Positions 9,108-19,080 of a stretch of DNA of 64,000 nucleotides are shown here, piece after piece. Source of the DNA: an uncultured Verrucomicrobiae bacterium. GTDB lineage: Bacteria; Verrucomicrobiota; Verrucomicrobiia; Chthoniobacterales; UBA10450. Under the pieces are notes generated by a model. It did no database searches, was not told the origin of the DNA, and was given only the letters and a program-made list of their open reading frames with translations. How positions within the stretch are numbered: the stretch's first letter is position 1; each line of letters opens with the position of its first letter. The stretch is from positions 832,001-896,000 of the forward strand of contig CAVTMK010000002.1 in the NCBI GenBank assembly GCA_963735805.1, written 5' to 3'. Both the position numbers and the translations under genes were made by a program.

Positions 9108-10547
9108 ATGACATGGCCGACTCTTCTTCTTGGACTGTTTGTCGCGTCTGTCGCCGGGTGGGTTATGACTGCTTGGTTCCAGTTACGGCGGATTCGAAGC
9201 CTGGAGCGTCTGCATGAAGAGATTCAGGTCGAAGAAACGCTCGTTTTCGATTTTTTGCATGGCCTCGGCGAGGCTTTCCGAGAGACCATTCGGCCTCAGG
9301 AACTGCACCGGCTCATTGTCGAGGGTGCTACGCGTGTGCTCGATGCGTACGGCGGCGCGCTCTACGTGACCGATCGAACGGGCGCCAAACTTACCCCAGC
9401 GTTTATTTCCAAAGGCTGTCCTCCGCTGGTGGATGTTCCACCGGGTATTTTGCAACAAGCGGCAGCTGCTCCGATCGAGCTCGAGAGCTTTCTGCGGTTG
9501 CACGCGATCGGATCAGGTGAAGGGCTTATTGGTCGGGTCTGGCAAACTGGACAGTCTGTTTGTTTAACTGACTTATCCGAAGCGCCCGAGTTGGCGAAAT
9601 TGCGTGGCAGCGCTTTTGGCAGCGCATCGATCATAGCTGCATCGCTACGGTATGGAAACCAGGACCTGGGCGTTTTAGCCCTGGCCCAGGGCCCGGGGGG
9701 TCCGCCTTTTTCGCAGGGTGATTTCGTTGTTTTCAAGTCGATCTCAGAGCAGTCAGCTTTTGCGCTTTACAACGCCATCATTTACTCAATGGCCAACGAA
9801 AAAAAGAGACTTGATCACGACCTTGAGATCGCTCGGGATATTCAGCGCATCTTGCTTCCATCGGAGGCGCCGGCCATCAACGGATTTCAGATCAGCGGCC
9901 TCAATGTGGCCGCCCGCCAGGTAAGTGGCGATTATTTCGATTACATTCAGGTCGATGAAGAACGGCTCGGTGTAGCGATTGCAGATGTGTCAGGCAAGGG
10001 CGTCCCTGCATCACTTATCATGGCGATCTGCCGCAGCGTCTTGCGCGCGGAAGCAGTCCGCAACCCCTCTCCAGCCGACGTCTTGCGAAAGGTCAACCGG
10101 CAACTTTATCCCGATATCAAGGAAGACATGTTCATCAGCATGGCTTATTTAATTCTCAATCATCATCGAGATGGCGTGACACTTGCACGCGCAGGACATG
10201 ATGCGCCATTACTTTATAAGCAAAAGTCACAAACGGTCACACCTTTGAAACCGCCGGGAATGGTCGTGGGCATTGACAGTGGGAGCGTGTTTGATAGGCT
10301 AACGATCGACTTCGCTGTCTCGCTCGAGCGCGATGATTGCCTCCTCCTCTACACCGACGGCGTGACCGAAACGCTGAACGCCGAGGGAGACGAGTTTGGC
10401 GTCGATCGCATGATGCAATCAGTTCGTGCCAGCGCGAGCAATGGGGCACAAACAATTGTTAGGAAGATTATCGAGGACGTTCGCGATTTTGCAGGGTCCG
10501 TTCCTCAAAACGACGACATCACTTTGATTGCCATTCGCAAAACATGA
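9108..10547 (+). CDS. Membrane-anchored GAF + SpoIIE/PP2C phosphatase (RsbU-like)
   Basis: N-terminal TM, GAF (GEGLIGRV), VSGDYFD, IADVSGKG, LYTDGV, NDDIT. Confidence 0.92.
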   Translation: MTWPTLLLGLFVASVAGWVMTAWFQLRRIRSLERLHEEIQVEETLVFDFLHGLGEAFRETIRPQELHRLIVEGATRVLDAYGGALYVTDRTGAKLTPAFISKGCPPLVDVPPGILQQAAAAPIELESFLRLHAIGSGEGLIGRVWQTGQSVCLTDLSEAPELAKLRGSAFGSASIIAASLRYGNQDLGVLALAQGPGGPPFSQGDFVVFKSISEQSAFALYNAIIYSMANEKKRLDHDLEIARDIQRILLPSEAPAINGFQISGLNVAARQVSGDYFDYIQVDEERLGVAIADVSGKGVPASLIMAICRSVLRAEAVRNPSPADVLRKVNRQLYPDIKEDMFISMAYLILNHHRDGVTLARAGHDAPLLYKQKSQTVTPLKPPGMVVGIDSGSVFDRLTIDFAVSLERDDCLLLYTDGVTETLNAEGDEFGVDRMMQSVRASASNGAQTIVRKIIEDVRDFAGSVPQNDDITLIAIRKT

Positions 10548-11116
10548 AAAAGATCCCCGTTACTGAACACAATAAACAAATGAAACAATCCGCAGCGTCC
10601 AGTTCGATGCCTCCACCTGTTGCATCCAGGACGGATGCCGCAGCCAGTGAAGGAGAAGATCCGATGGCTGGGTTGCAAGCCGATCTCGACCGGTTTCGAG
10701 ACCTCGCATTGCGCAGTCAGGCTGATTTCGAGAATTATAAGAAACGCTGCGCGCGCGAAAAGGAAGAGGCGATCAAGTATGCCAACAGATCTCTACTGGA
10801 GCGTTTGGTTGGAATTTTTGACAATTTTGAGCTTGGTCTTGCAGCGGCAAAAGAGCGGGGCGCAGACTCTCCCATTTATTCCGGAATGGTGCTCATCCAG
10901 AAACAACTCAATGATTTGCTGGCCGAAAACGGATTGCAGCCGATCGAAGCCGATGCGAAAACATTTGACCCCAACCTTCACGAGGCAATTTCCCATGAGG
11001 CGAGCGATCAAGTTCCTGAGGGAATTGTCCTGCGCCAGGCGCGGCGCGGGTATCGATTTAAAGACCGCTTGCTGCGACCTGCAAAAGTGGTTGTTTCCAG
11101 CGGGCAAGCCAAATAA
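10544..11116 (+). CDS. grpE: Nucleotide exchange factor GrpE
   Basis: ADFENYKKR, FDPNLHEAI, RLLRPAKVVV; ATGA overlap with the upstream stop. Confidence 0.95.
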   Translation: MKKIPVTEHNKQMKQSAASSSMPPPVASRTDAAASEGEDPMAGLQADLDRFRDLALRSQADFENYKKRCAREKEEAIKYANRSLLERLVGIFDNFELGLAAAKERGADSPIYSGMVLIQKQLNDLLAENGLQPIEADAKTFDPNLHEAISHEASDQVPEGIVLRQARRGYRFKDRLLRPAKVVVSSGQAK

Positions 11117-11197
11117 CTCTCAAGCTCCTCCTATTCTTGCTCTGCTTTCGCCTTATCAAGCAGAAGCGTGATCATAAACGAGCGTAGGATTTAAAAG

Positions 11198-12337
11198 ATG
11201 CCAACTGAGAAACGCGATTACTACGAGGTGTTGGGCGTTGGACGAAACGCGACCGATGAGGAAGTCAAACGCGCCTATCGCAAGCTTGCCGTCAAGTTTC
11301 ATCCAGATAAAAATCCGGACGACCCGCATGCCGAGGAAAAGTTCAAGGAGTTAGGCGAAGCGTACGATGTCTTGATCGATTCTGACAAGCGCGCCGCCTA
11401 CGATCGGTTTGGCCACGCGGCATTCGCACCCGGCGGTTCGGGCTTTGGCCAGAGCGTTTTCCACGATCCGTTTGAGATTTTCCGGGAAGTCTTCGGCGGA
11501 GGAGGAATTGGCGGCGGCATTTTTGAGACATTTTTTGGTGGCGGCGACCGCCAAGAGGATCGAAAGCGCGGATCCGATTTGCGCTATGACATGCAGATCA
11601 AACTGGAAGAAGCAGCGTTTGGCGTCGACAAGGAGATTGAGCTCACGAAGCTCAATACCTGCGACAAATGTAATGGGAGCGGCGCTGAATCAGGCTCGCG
11701 TACGATTCCCTGTCCTAATTGCAACGGCCGTGGCCAGGTGATCAGTTCGCGTGGATTTTTTCACGTTTCACAGACGTGTTCTCATTGCCGCGGTGCTGGT
11801 GAAGTAATTGAGAAACCGTGTCAAAAATGCCTGGGTGAAGGACGGATCGAAAGATTAAGCCGTGTTAAATTGAAAATACCGGCTGGAATCAGGGAGGGGT
11901 CACGATTGCGTTCTCTTGGCAACGGCGAGGCCGGCATTCGCGGTGGTCCTCCGGGCGATCTTTACGTTGTCATTCATCTTAAGGAACACAAGATTTTTCA
12001 GCGCGAGGGCGACGATCTGTATTGCGAAGTGCCGATTCCTTTTTCTGTTGCAGCGTTGGGCGGAGAGATTGATGTGCCGACGCTGGAAGGCAAGGCGGAT
12101 CTGAAGGTGCCGGTGGGCACGCAAAGTGGGCAGATGTTTAAACTACGCAGCAAGGGAACTACAAACATCAACGGGCGCGGTCGTGGTGATTTGTTCGCGC
12201 GTTTAATCGTCGAGGTGCCGTCGCGCTTGAATTCAGAGCAACGCCGCAAGCTCGAGGAGTTCGCAGCTCTTTGCGGTGACGAAAACACGCCGTTACGCAG
12301 GAGTTTTTTCGAACGCGCTAGGGAATTTTTTAAATAG
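11198..12337 (+). CDS. dnaJ: Chaperone DnaJ
   Basis: J domain with HPD, G/F region, four CxxCxGxG repeats. Confidence 0.97.
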   Translation: MPTEKRDYYEVLGVGRNATDEEVKRAYRKLAVKFHPDKNPDDPHAEEKFKELGEAYDVLIDSDKRAAYDRFGHAAFAPGGSGFGQSVFHDPFEIFREVFGGGGIGGGIFETFFGGGDRQEDRKRGSDLRYDMQIKLEEAAFGVDKEIELTKLNTCDKCNGSGAESGSRTIPCPNCNGRGQVISSRGFFHVSQTCSHCRGAGEVIEKPCQKCLGEGRIERLSRVKLKIPAGIREGSRLRSLGNGEAGIRGGPPGDLYVVIHLKEHKIFQREGDDLYCEVPIPFSVAALGGEIDVPTLEGKADLKVPVGTQSGQMFKLRSKGTTNINGRGRGDLFARLIVEVPSRLNSEQRRKLEEFAALCGDENTPLRRSFFERAREFFK

Positions 12338-12351
12338 GACCGCCAGATTCT

Positions 12352-13215
12352 GTGGTTCAAAATGGTGTCAAAATAATCGAATGCCCCCGTGACGCTTGGC
12401 AGGGTCTCAAGCGGCAAATTCCAACGGAACTCAAGGTGCGTTATCTTCGCGCTTTAATCGAGGCAGGGTTCAAGCACATCGATGCCGTTAGCTTTGTCTC
12501 TCCTAAAGCCGTTCCACAGATGGCTGATAGCGAGAAGGTGCTCGAGCAACTCAACGTACCCTCCGATGTCGAAATCATTGGCATCGTGGTCAATGAAAAA
12601 GGGGCTGAGCGCGCTATCGTGACCGGGCAAGTTAGGACACTGGGTTACCCGTGCTCCGTTTCTGAAACGTTCCTGCGCAAAAACCAAAACCAGACGCTCA
12701 CGGATTCCTACAAAACGTTGGAATCGATCAAGGCAAAAGCCGACGAGGCCCGCCTTGGGCTAGTCGTTTACATCTCGATGGCGTTCGGAAATCCGTACGG
12801 CGATCATTGGGATGAGAACGAGTTGCACCGGGCAGTATCGACACTACTTGCCGTTGGTATTCGTTCGATTTCCTTGGCTGACACAGTTGGAGTTGCCGGC
12901 GCTGAGCTGATTCGCAGAGTGGTGCAATCCATCAGGAACCAATGGGCCGATTATGATATTGGCGTGCATCTTCACAGCGCGCCGAGGGAGGCTGCGGCCA
13001 AGGTCCTTGCTGCTTACGATGCTGGATGCCGGCGGTTTGATTCCGCCCTCGGTGGTCTCGGCGGATGCCCTTTCGCGCAGGACGCGCTGGTTGGAAACAT
13101 TCCTACTGAGAGCGTAATGGCAGCTCTTCGAGAGCGCGGTATAGAGCTGCCGTTAAGCAAATCGTTGGCGAGTGTCCTGGCGATCAACTCTCTCGTCGCA
13201 TCCGACTACGAATAA
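12352..13215 (+). CDS. Hydroxymethylglutaryl-CoA lyase family protein
   Basis: ECPRDAWQ, SFVSPKAVPQMAD, LADTVG, HLH, GGLGGCPFA motifs. Confidence 0.88.
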   Translation: MVQNGVKIIECPRDAWQGLKRQIPTELKVRYLRALIEAGFKHIDAVSFVSPKAVPQMADSEKVLEQLNVPSDVEIIGIVVNEKGAERAIVTGQVRTLGYPCSVSETFLRKNQNQTLTDSYKTLESIKAKADEARLGLVVYISMAFGNPYGDHWDENELHRAVSTLLAVGIRSISLADTVGVAGAELIRRVVQSIRNQWADYDIGVHLHSAPREAAAKVLAAYDAGCRRFDSALGGLGGCPFAQDALVGNIPTESVMAALRERGIELPLSKSLASVLAINSLVASDYE

Positions 13216-13261
13216 GAAATCTGAACGTGTGCGATAAGCTGCTATTAGACCCTCAAATCGT

Positions 13262-14014
13262 ATGCATCGCTTCTTTGTCTCCCCGGAAAACTGGAAGCCT
13301 GGCGCCCCTACATTAGCTGGCTCGGAAGCACACCATGCGCGCGACGTTTTGCGCATGAGGGTAGGGGAGAAACTAGTCCTCTTCGACGGACGTGGACACG
13401 AAATCACCGCGGAGATCGTCGATCTTGGCGGGGATGCAATTAGATTGAGAAAATTGCACGAAGCGGAAACGGCGCGCCTGGAATGCCGGATCGTCCTAGG
13501 GCAGGCAATGCCGAAGGGAAAAAACATGGACTTGATTGTGCAAAAGGCGGTCGAAATCGGTGCTGCCGAAATTGCGCCGATCATTTCAGATCGTACGATT
13601 GTGCAGGTCGATTCCGAAAGCGCTTCGCAGAAGCAGTCCAAATGGCAGCAAATCGCAGTTGAGGCGGCTAAGCAATGTGGTCAAAACTGGTTGCCGCGCG
13701 TGCATACGCCGAGAAAACTCTCAGAATTATTTTCTGTACCGGCGGAGGGATCATTCGATCTTCAACTGATCGGATCGCTCCAGCCGGGTGCGGCGCACTT
13801 AAAGAAGGTTCTTGCAGACTATTCAAGCGAGCATCAACATCGTCCTCGCAGTGTTTTGATGCTTGTTGGGCCCGAAGGCGATTTCACGCCCGCGGAACTT
13901 GCGTTTGCGCGTCGTCACGGATGCCAGCCAATAACGCTTGGGCCAATCATCCTTCGAGTAGAAACTGCGGCGATCTATTGCCTGAGCATACTCTCCTACG
14001 AATTGCTGATCTAA
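13262..14014 (+). CDS. rsmE: 16S rRNA m3U1498 methyltransferase
   Basis: HARDVLR, EAAKQC, VGPEGDF, LGPIILRVETA. Confidence 0.95.
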   Translation: MHRFFVSPENWKPGAPTLAGSEAHHARDVLRMRVGEKLVLFDGRGHEITAEIVDLGGDAIRLRKLHEAETARLECRIVLGQAMPKGKNMDLIVQKAVEIGAAEIAPIISDRTIVQVDSESASQKQSKWQQIAVEAAKQCGQNWLPRVHTPRKLSELFSVPAEGSFDLQLIGSLQPGAAHLKKVLADYSSEHQHRPRSVLMLVGPEGDFTPAELAFARRHGCQPITLGPIILRVETAAIYCLSILSYELLI

Positions 14015-14169
14015 CAACTGGTTGAAGCAAGAAGCGACCACAGGTCAGCTAACGAAACGGATATCGAGACTTTTGCTGATACTCTCAAAGAACACAATTC
14101 CGAGATACAAAGGGTGAGCGATCAGTTTCAAATGACGCGGTGTGCAACACGACTCCTTGCAACCAATCG

Positions 14170-16113
14170 CTAGCGGGGAGATCGCTGCCGGGTATCGGTG
14201 GTCCCGGTACCCGACTCGGCGATCGCTGGCTCAGCCGCGGACTCGTTAGGAAGAACGTACGTCGGCGCAGGCTGGTCGAGTGGGGCCGGCTCAATTGAGA
14301 CAATCGTGAATTGAGCGGTGCTATGCTCCGTATTTAGCGAGACCGTCTCGTTAGCTTTGTGACCAAGCAGTGCTTGGCCAATCGCAGTTTGGTACGAAAT
14401 GATATGCCGATCAGGATCGCCGTCCCATGCACCTAAAATCGTGTACGTTTCTTCCTTGCTGGTCTCCGCGTTCCGAAGCGTGACGATTGTGCCGATCGAT
14501 ACACGTGAAATATCCGCATTCTCAAACGAAGTGCCACGCGCGTTGTGAAGCATCTGCTCAAGCTCCACTTTGCGTCGCATCAGAACGCTTTGCATCTGTT
14601 TGGCTGCCTTAAATTCGAAATTCTCGCTGAGGTCACCATAGGACCGGGCGATTGCGATCTCCTTGGTGTTCTCCGGGATTTTCGTCCTCACCAGTTCTTC
14701 GTATTCAGCTTTGCGTTTTTCCAGGCTGCTCCAGGAAACGATCAACGACGCGACCTTCTCGCCGGCTAAGGCAGTCTGTGCGCCCGTGATCATGCTTTCC
14801 AGCTCTGGATAAACTTTAACAATCCGAGCCAGGAGTGAGCGTTTCGTCAGTTCGTCGAATAGGGGACTTAGTTGCAGCTGCCGCATCGCATCACGTGCGA
14901 TCGTCACATCGCATTTCTTGAAGATGTCTCCAAGTAGTTGCCGATCGTCCGCCAAAGTACGATATAATTTGCTGGTGCGCCCGGCGAAATTGTGTTGCTC
15001 GCGTTCCACTGCAGCCAAAATCGCGCCAAGCAATTCCGGAGTGACTAGTTCGTCCCAGTTCTTCCTTTCGCTACATAACCACGCGAGCATCTCGCTGGTT
15101 GCTGAATGTTCGCGAATGCTGCGTTCCAGCGTCGCCCGAAGCTCATCGTGTTTTCCGCTTTCGTTCAAGATGCGGGGAATTTGAGCCACCACGCGACCGT
15201 GACTCCTTTGCATCAAACGTAATGCGCGCTCTGCCCAGCGCGGACCGAGCGCCTCTGGCAACGTTTGCAGAACCTTTTTCTCCTTCGCCGCCGGCAATTT
15301 TGGCAGAATCGATATCAGTCGCTCCTCTTCGTCGAGAATCAGTTTCGAAAGGGTCAAACCGACATGGGTCGGATGCAGCGATGGGAGGCGTTCCAGTAAA
15401 TCATCGCGCGCGATGACGAGCTCAAACGCAAACTCAGGATGCATTTTCTGATTGCGTACTGTCATGTTCTCGATCGAAGCGATGATTGGCTGAAGTTGTT
15501 TGTCAGGTGTCTTGAATTGCTGGGTCGATTTTGTGATCTGGTCGAGCGCTGCGAGTTGTTCCTTTGGTTGTCGCGCTTTGTTGAAAGCGTCGAGCAGTTC
15601 GTCAGCATGCGATACCCCTTCGCCGCGAATTTGAATTGGATCGGTCTTTTTCGCAGGGATAGAAAAAACGCCGCTTGCCTTAAGCGTTTTCTTCGTTGAT
15701 TCCCACCAGCGTTTCCATTCCGCCTCGGTGAAAACATCGCCTACCAGCCAATCACTGATCTGCTGCGCCGTAGCCTTGCCGTCCAGGCTTTCAACAACAT
15801 TTCGCACCAGCGCCGCCGGATTTTCCCTTGCCAAAATTTTGATCGACGGCAGATCGATGGCTTTGCGTGAGAGGAAGTGCTCCGGCGCCAGCGGCGTGAC
15901 GTTCTCTGCCGCGTACTGGGCCTGCATCGGATGCGACTTTTTCCCGGCAAAATCAATTACGATCTGGTTGAGCAGCAGGTTCCATTCGCTCACCCGACCG
16001 AATCCCCAACTTTTGTGCAGACAAAATGTGCCCGGTTTTAGTTTCTCGAGTTGTTCCGCGGCGTGCGGAGTGAGTTTGCCGGCTTCGACTAGTTTTTCTA
16101 ATTCGGTATCCAT
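14170..16113 (-). CDS. greA: Long-form transcription elongation factor GreA with a large N-terminal extension
   Basis: C-terminal ARSYGDLSENFEFKAAK and ISYQTAIGQALLG; about 460 aa N-terminal extension; start taken at MDTELEK. Confidence 0.85.
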   Translation of the reverse strand: MDTELEKLVEAGKLTPHAAEQLEKLKPGTFCLHKSWGFGRVSEWNLLLNQIVIDFAGKKSHPMQAQYAAENVTPLAPEHFLSRKAIDLPSIKILARENPAALVRNVVESLDGKATAQQISDWLVGDVFTEAEWKRWWESTKKTLKASGVFSIPAKKTDPIQIRGEGVSHADELLDAFNKARQPKEQLAALDQITKSTQQFKTPDKQLQPIIASIENMTVRNQKMHPEFAFELVIARDDLLERLPSLHPTHVGLTLSKLILDEEERLISILPKLPAAKEKKVLQTLPEALGPRWAERALRLMQRSHGRVVAQIPRILNESGKHDELRATLERSIREHSATSEMLAWLCSERKNWDELVTPELLGAILAAVEREQHNFAGRTSKLYRTLADDRQLLGDIFKKCDVTIARDAMRQLQLSPLFDELTKRSLLARIVKVYPELESMITGAQTALAGEKVASLIVSWSSLEKRKAEYEELVRTKIPENTKEIAIARSYGDLSENFEFKAAKQMQSVLMRRKVELEQMLHNARGTSFENADISRVSIGTIVTLRNAETSKEETYTILGAWDGDPDRHIISYQTAIGQALLGHKANETVSLNTEHSTAQFTIVSIEPAPLDQPAPTYVLPNESAAEPAIAESGTGTTDTRQRSPR

Positions 16114-16211
16114 CGGTAGGGTCAATGAGTGCTATGTGACCTATAAATCGCCTGGGTCGGGCGCGCAATTTACCATTGCCGTGTGCCCACCCGCATGAAA
16201 ACCTCCCCGCG

Positions 16212-17147
16212 GTGAGGACGAGCATCTGGTTTTGGATCGCCTTTCATATAGGCGTGTTCATTGCGATCGGAATCGATCTCTTCACGTTCCATCGCCGAGC
16301 TCGGGAACTAAGCATGGCTGCAGCGGCGCGACGCAGCGTGCTCTGGGTAATCGTGTCACTTGGATTTAACGCTCTGGTGTGGCGCTTCAAAGGGCCGCAT
16401 CACGGGTTGGATTTTTTCACAGGCTACCTGATCGAGTATTCGCTGAGTATGGATAACATTTTTGTTTTTGTACTCATTTTTGCGCATTTCCGCGTTCCGC
16501 CAAAGGCGCAACATCGCGTCCTTGTCTGGGGAATAATCGGAGCACTGATCATGCGTGGCACGATGATCTTGGGCGGTATCGCGCTGGTGCAACGCTTTCA
16601 TTTCATTCTTTACCTCTTTGGTCTCTTCCTGTTGATCACAGCGGCACAGATGTTTTTTGGAAGACGCCCAGCGCACGATTTCGCCGAGGGTTGGGTATTG
16701 CGGATGTGCCGTCGAATCCTTCCCATTACGCGCGAATTTCATAACGAACACTTTAAGGTGCACTTGGATGGCCGGTGGATGTTAACTCCGCTCGCTCTGA
16801 CAATGATCGTGATCGAGGTCACAGACCTCATTTTTGCCGTCGATTCGATCCCCGCGATCTTTGCAATAACGCGCGACCCCTTCATTGTTTATACCTCTAA
16901 CATTTGCGCGATTCTCGGTTTGCGATCGCTTTACTTCCTTCTGGCCGGTCTGATGAATCGTTTCATTTACTTGAGAACCGGCCTCGCTCTCGTCCTCGGC
17001 TTCGTCGGCATAAAGATGATCCTCGTCGACTATTTTCCGCTATCACGTGCCCTGTCTCTTGGAGTCATAGCGCTCATTCTTGGGGTTACAATCGCGGTTT
17101 CGATGCTCAAGACAAAGGATCATGATGTAGCCGAAGGCCGAAAATAA
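16212..17147 (+). CDS. TerC/Alx family membrane protein
   Basis: YLIEYSLSMDNIFVF, QHRVLVWG, DLIFAVDSIPAIFA, LGLRSLYF. Start uncertain. Confidence 0.92.
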   Translation: MRTSIWFWIAFHIGVFIAIGIDLFTFHRRARELSMAAAARRSVLWVIVSLGFNALVWRFKGPHHGLDFFTGYLIEYSLSMDNIFVFVLIFAHFRVPPKAQHRVLVWGIIGALIMRGTMILGGIALVQRFHFILYLFGLFLLITAAQMFFGRRPAHDFAEGWVLRMCRRILPITREFHNEHFKVHLDGRWMLTPLALTMIVIEVTDLIFAVDSIPAIFAITRDPFIVYTSNICAILGLRSLYFLLAGLMNRFIYLRTGLALVLGFVGIKMILVDYFPLSRALSLGVIALILGVTIAVSMLKTKDHDVAEGRK

Positions 17148-17193
17148 GTATTGCCTTTGCTTTTCGGAATCATTTTACTGCTTCCGAGCGCCT

Positions 17194-17598
17194 ATGAAAA
17201 CAATCCTCCCGTTCGCGGCGGTCATTGCTCTTGTCAGCGGAGCTTTTGCCGATATTCAAGACCCGCCTTCGAACGATTATGGCCCAACGCGCAAGCTGGG
17301 TCGCGGTTTGTCGAACTTTTTTATCGCTCCAGCAGAAGTTTTTGTGACCGTGACGACTGTTAATACTTACGACGGAAATTCTGCCGCTGCGGGATACGGT
17401 GTCGTCCGCGGTATTGGCCGTTCTGGCGCGAGGCATATCGCCGGTTTGATTGAGATGCTGACGTTTCCTTTTCCGATATGGCGTGACAGTTACTACCCTA
17501 TGTTGCCGCCAGACATTCCCTACATTCATGCTGGTTATTCGGAATTCCCACCCGAACTCGGCAACGAATCAAAGTATCCTTACGTGCGGGATTATTAA
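17194..17598 (+). CDS. Exosortase-system-associated protein (TIGR04073-like)
   Basis: Signal peptide then RKLGRGLSN...G...E.LTFPFP pattern, recalled for that family. Confidence 0.7.
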   Translation: MKTILPFAAVIALVSGAFADIQDPPSNDYGPTRKLGRGLSNFFIAPAEVFVTVTTVNTYDGNSAAAGYGVVRGIGRSGARHIAGLIEMLTFPFPIWRDSYYPMLPPDIPYIHAGYSEFPPELGNESKYPYVRDY

Positions 17599-17883
17599 CC
17601 GGCTTGACCCTTCGCTACCTGACTCAGCTGCCTAGGCGAAACGTGTGCTCACGCTCCGGTCAGGAGCGATTGCAGGTTCTTACTCGGTTCTAACTCTTCT
17701 CGAGGATCTCGAAAAGCTCGTACCCACAGTCACGCGCCTGCGGGTACGGTTGTAGAGCGTGTGACGCAAAACGTGCTCGTGAAGTCGCCAGGCCACAACG
17801 GCAATGACGAAACACGAATGGCGAAAGGATATCAAAAGCAGAATCGAATTGGCATTTTCGATTCGCTAGGTCGAAATCTTCAT

Positions 17884-18978
17884 ATGCGCGTTGTCGATCT
17901 AAGAATCGAGGATATCGCCTTTGGTGGGAAAGGTGTCGGACGTGACCAGGGGAAGGCCGTCTTCGTTCCGTACACAATTGAAGATGAATTGGTTTCTGCT
18001 GAGATCGTACGCGAGAAAAAACAATTCGCCCAGGCAGAGTTAGTCGAAGTTAAGACGAGCTCGGCACACCGTGTTACACCAGAATGTCCCTACTTTGGCC
18101 GATGCGGCGGGTGTGCATATCAGCACATCGACTACGAACATCAGTTGACGATTAAGTGGCGGCAGGTGCGCGATGTTCTGTACCGGATCGGCAAGCTTAA
18201 AGATGCCACTCTGCGCCCGATTATTCCGTCGCCGAAGCATTACGGTTATCGCAATCGCATTACTGTGCACGTGCAGGATCGCGTGATCGGATTTTTCACG
18301 CGTGATTCTCATCGATTGATCGACATCGAGCGCTGCCCCATTTCGCGCGACGAAGTGGGCCACGCGCTGACGGAACTGCGGGGCCAAAATCCTCGCGATG
18401 GACATTACACTCTGCGCGCCCCCTCCAGTCGGCGTTTCTTTTCTCAAACCAACAATGAGGTTGCAGATGCATTGCGCGACTTGATTGTCGATCTTGTTCC
18501 GCCGAATCAAGATCTCTTAATCGACGCATATTGCGGAGCAGGATTCTTTGCCAAAGCATTGCTCAACAAGTTTGAGCGAGTCATTGGAATCGATTGGGAC
18601 AGGTTCGCGATCGCGGCTGCAAACGAAAATACGACTGAAAAAGAGACCTATATTGCCGGTGACGTCGAAGAAGAACTAACAAAGCGAGAGCGATTCCTAG
18701 CCAGCGAGAGTCTGCGACAACTGGGAAGTGATCATTCACTAACACTTATTATCGATCCGCCTGCGATTGGCTTGTCAAAAAACGTGCGACACGCGATTCT
18801 CGATCTTGCACCAACCACGCTGATTTACGTTTCCTGCAACCCGGCCACACTGGCGCGCGACTTAAAGGAGTTACAGGAAAAATTTACCATCAATTCGGTT
18901 ACCCCTCTCGACATGTTTCCGCAGACAGCTGAGATCGAAGCCGTGGCGCACCTGCAAGCGGTGCCGTCGGCATCGTGA
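17884..18978 (+). CDS. TRAM-domain class I SAM RNA m5U methyltransferase (RlmD/RumA family)
   Basis: TRAM N-terminus, CPYFGRCGGC Fe-S motif, DAYCGAG, DPP, YVSCNPATLARD, DMFPQT. Start re-called at ATG 17884. Confidence 0.92.
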   Translation: MRVVDLRIEDIAFGGKGVGRDQGKAVFVPYTIEDELVSAEIVREKKQFAQAELVEVKTSSAHRVTPECPYFGRCGGCAYQHIDYEHQLTIKWRQVRDVLYRIGKLKDATLRPIIPSPKHYGYRNRITVHVQDRVIGFFTRDSHRLIDIERCPISRDEVGHALTELRGQNPRDGHYTLRAPSSRRFFSQTNNEVADALRDLIVDLVPPNQDLLIDAYCGAGFFAKALLNKFERVIGIDWDRFAIAAANENTTEKETYIAGDVEEELTKRERFLASESLRQLGSDHSLTLIIDPPAIGLSKNVRHAILDLAPTTLIYVSCNPATLARDLKELQEKFTINSVTPLDMFPQTAEIEAVAHLQAVPSAS

Positions 18979-19080
18979 AGAAGATTGACGCGCGGCCAGC
19001 GTTTTCGAACGTTCCTCGAAGCAGGTGCCACAAAGCCGAGTTTCATTGACGAGTCGTACGGCGATAAGTCCAATGGCAAG

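Noticed and set aside
16127..16135. GAGTGCTA, like a CIRCE right arm
   Set aside because: No TTAGCACTC left arm 9 nt upstream, and not in front of chaperone genes.
16114..16211. yybP-ykoY Mn riboswitch expected before a TerC gene
   Set aside because: The short spacer is shared with greA and lacks the consensus elements; only a small TAGG.TCA/TGACCTA hairpin is present.
17618..17664. Hammerhead-like CTGA...GAAAC arrangement
   Set aside because: The CUGANGA core is absent and the stem III/NUH site does not fit.
17599..17883. tmRNA, RNase P, SRP or 6S RNA
   Set aside because: No tRNA-like ends, no GAGGAAAGTCC, no SRP core loop and no convincing long 6S hairpin.
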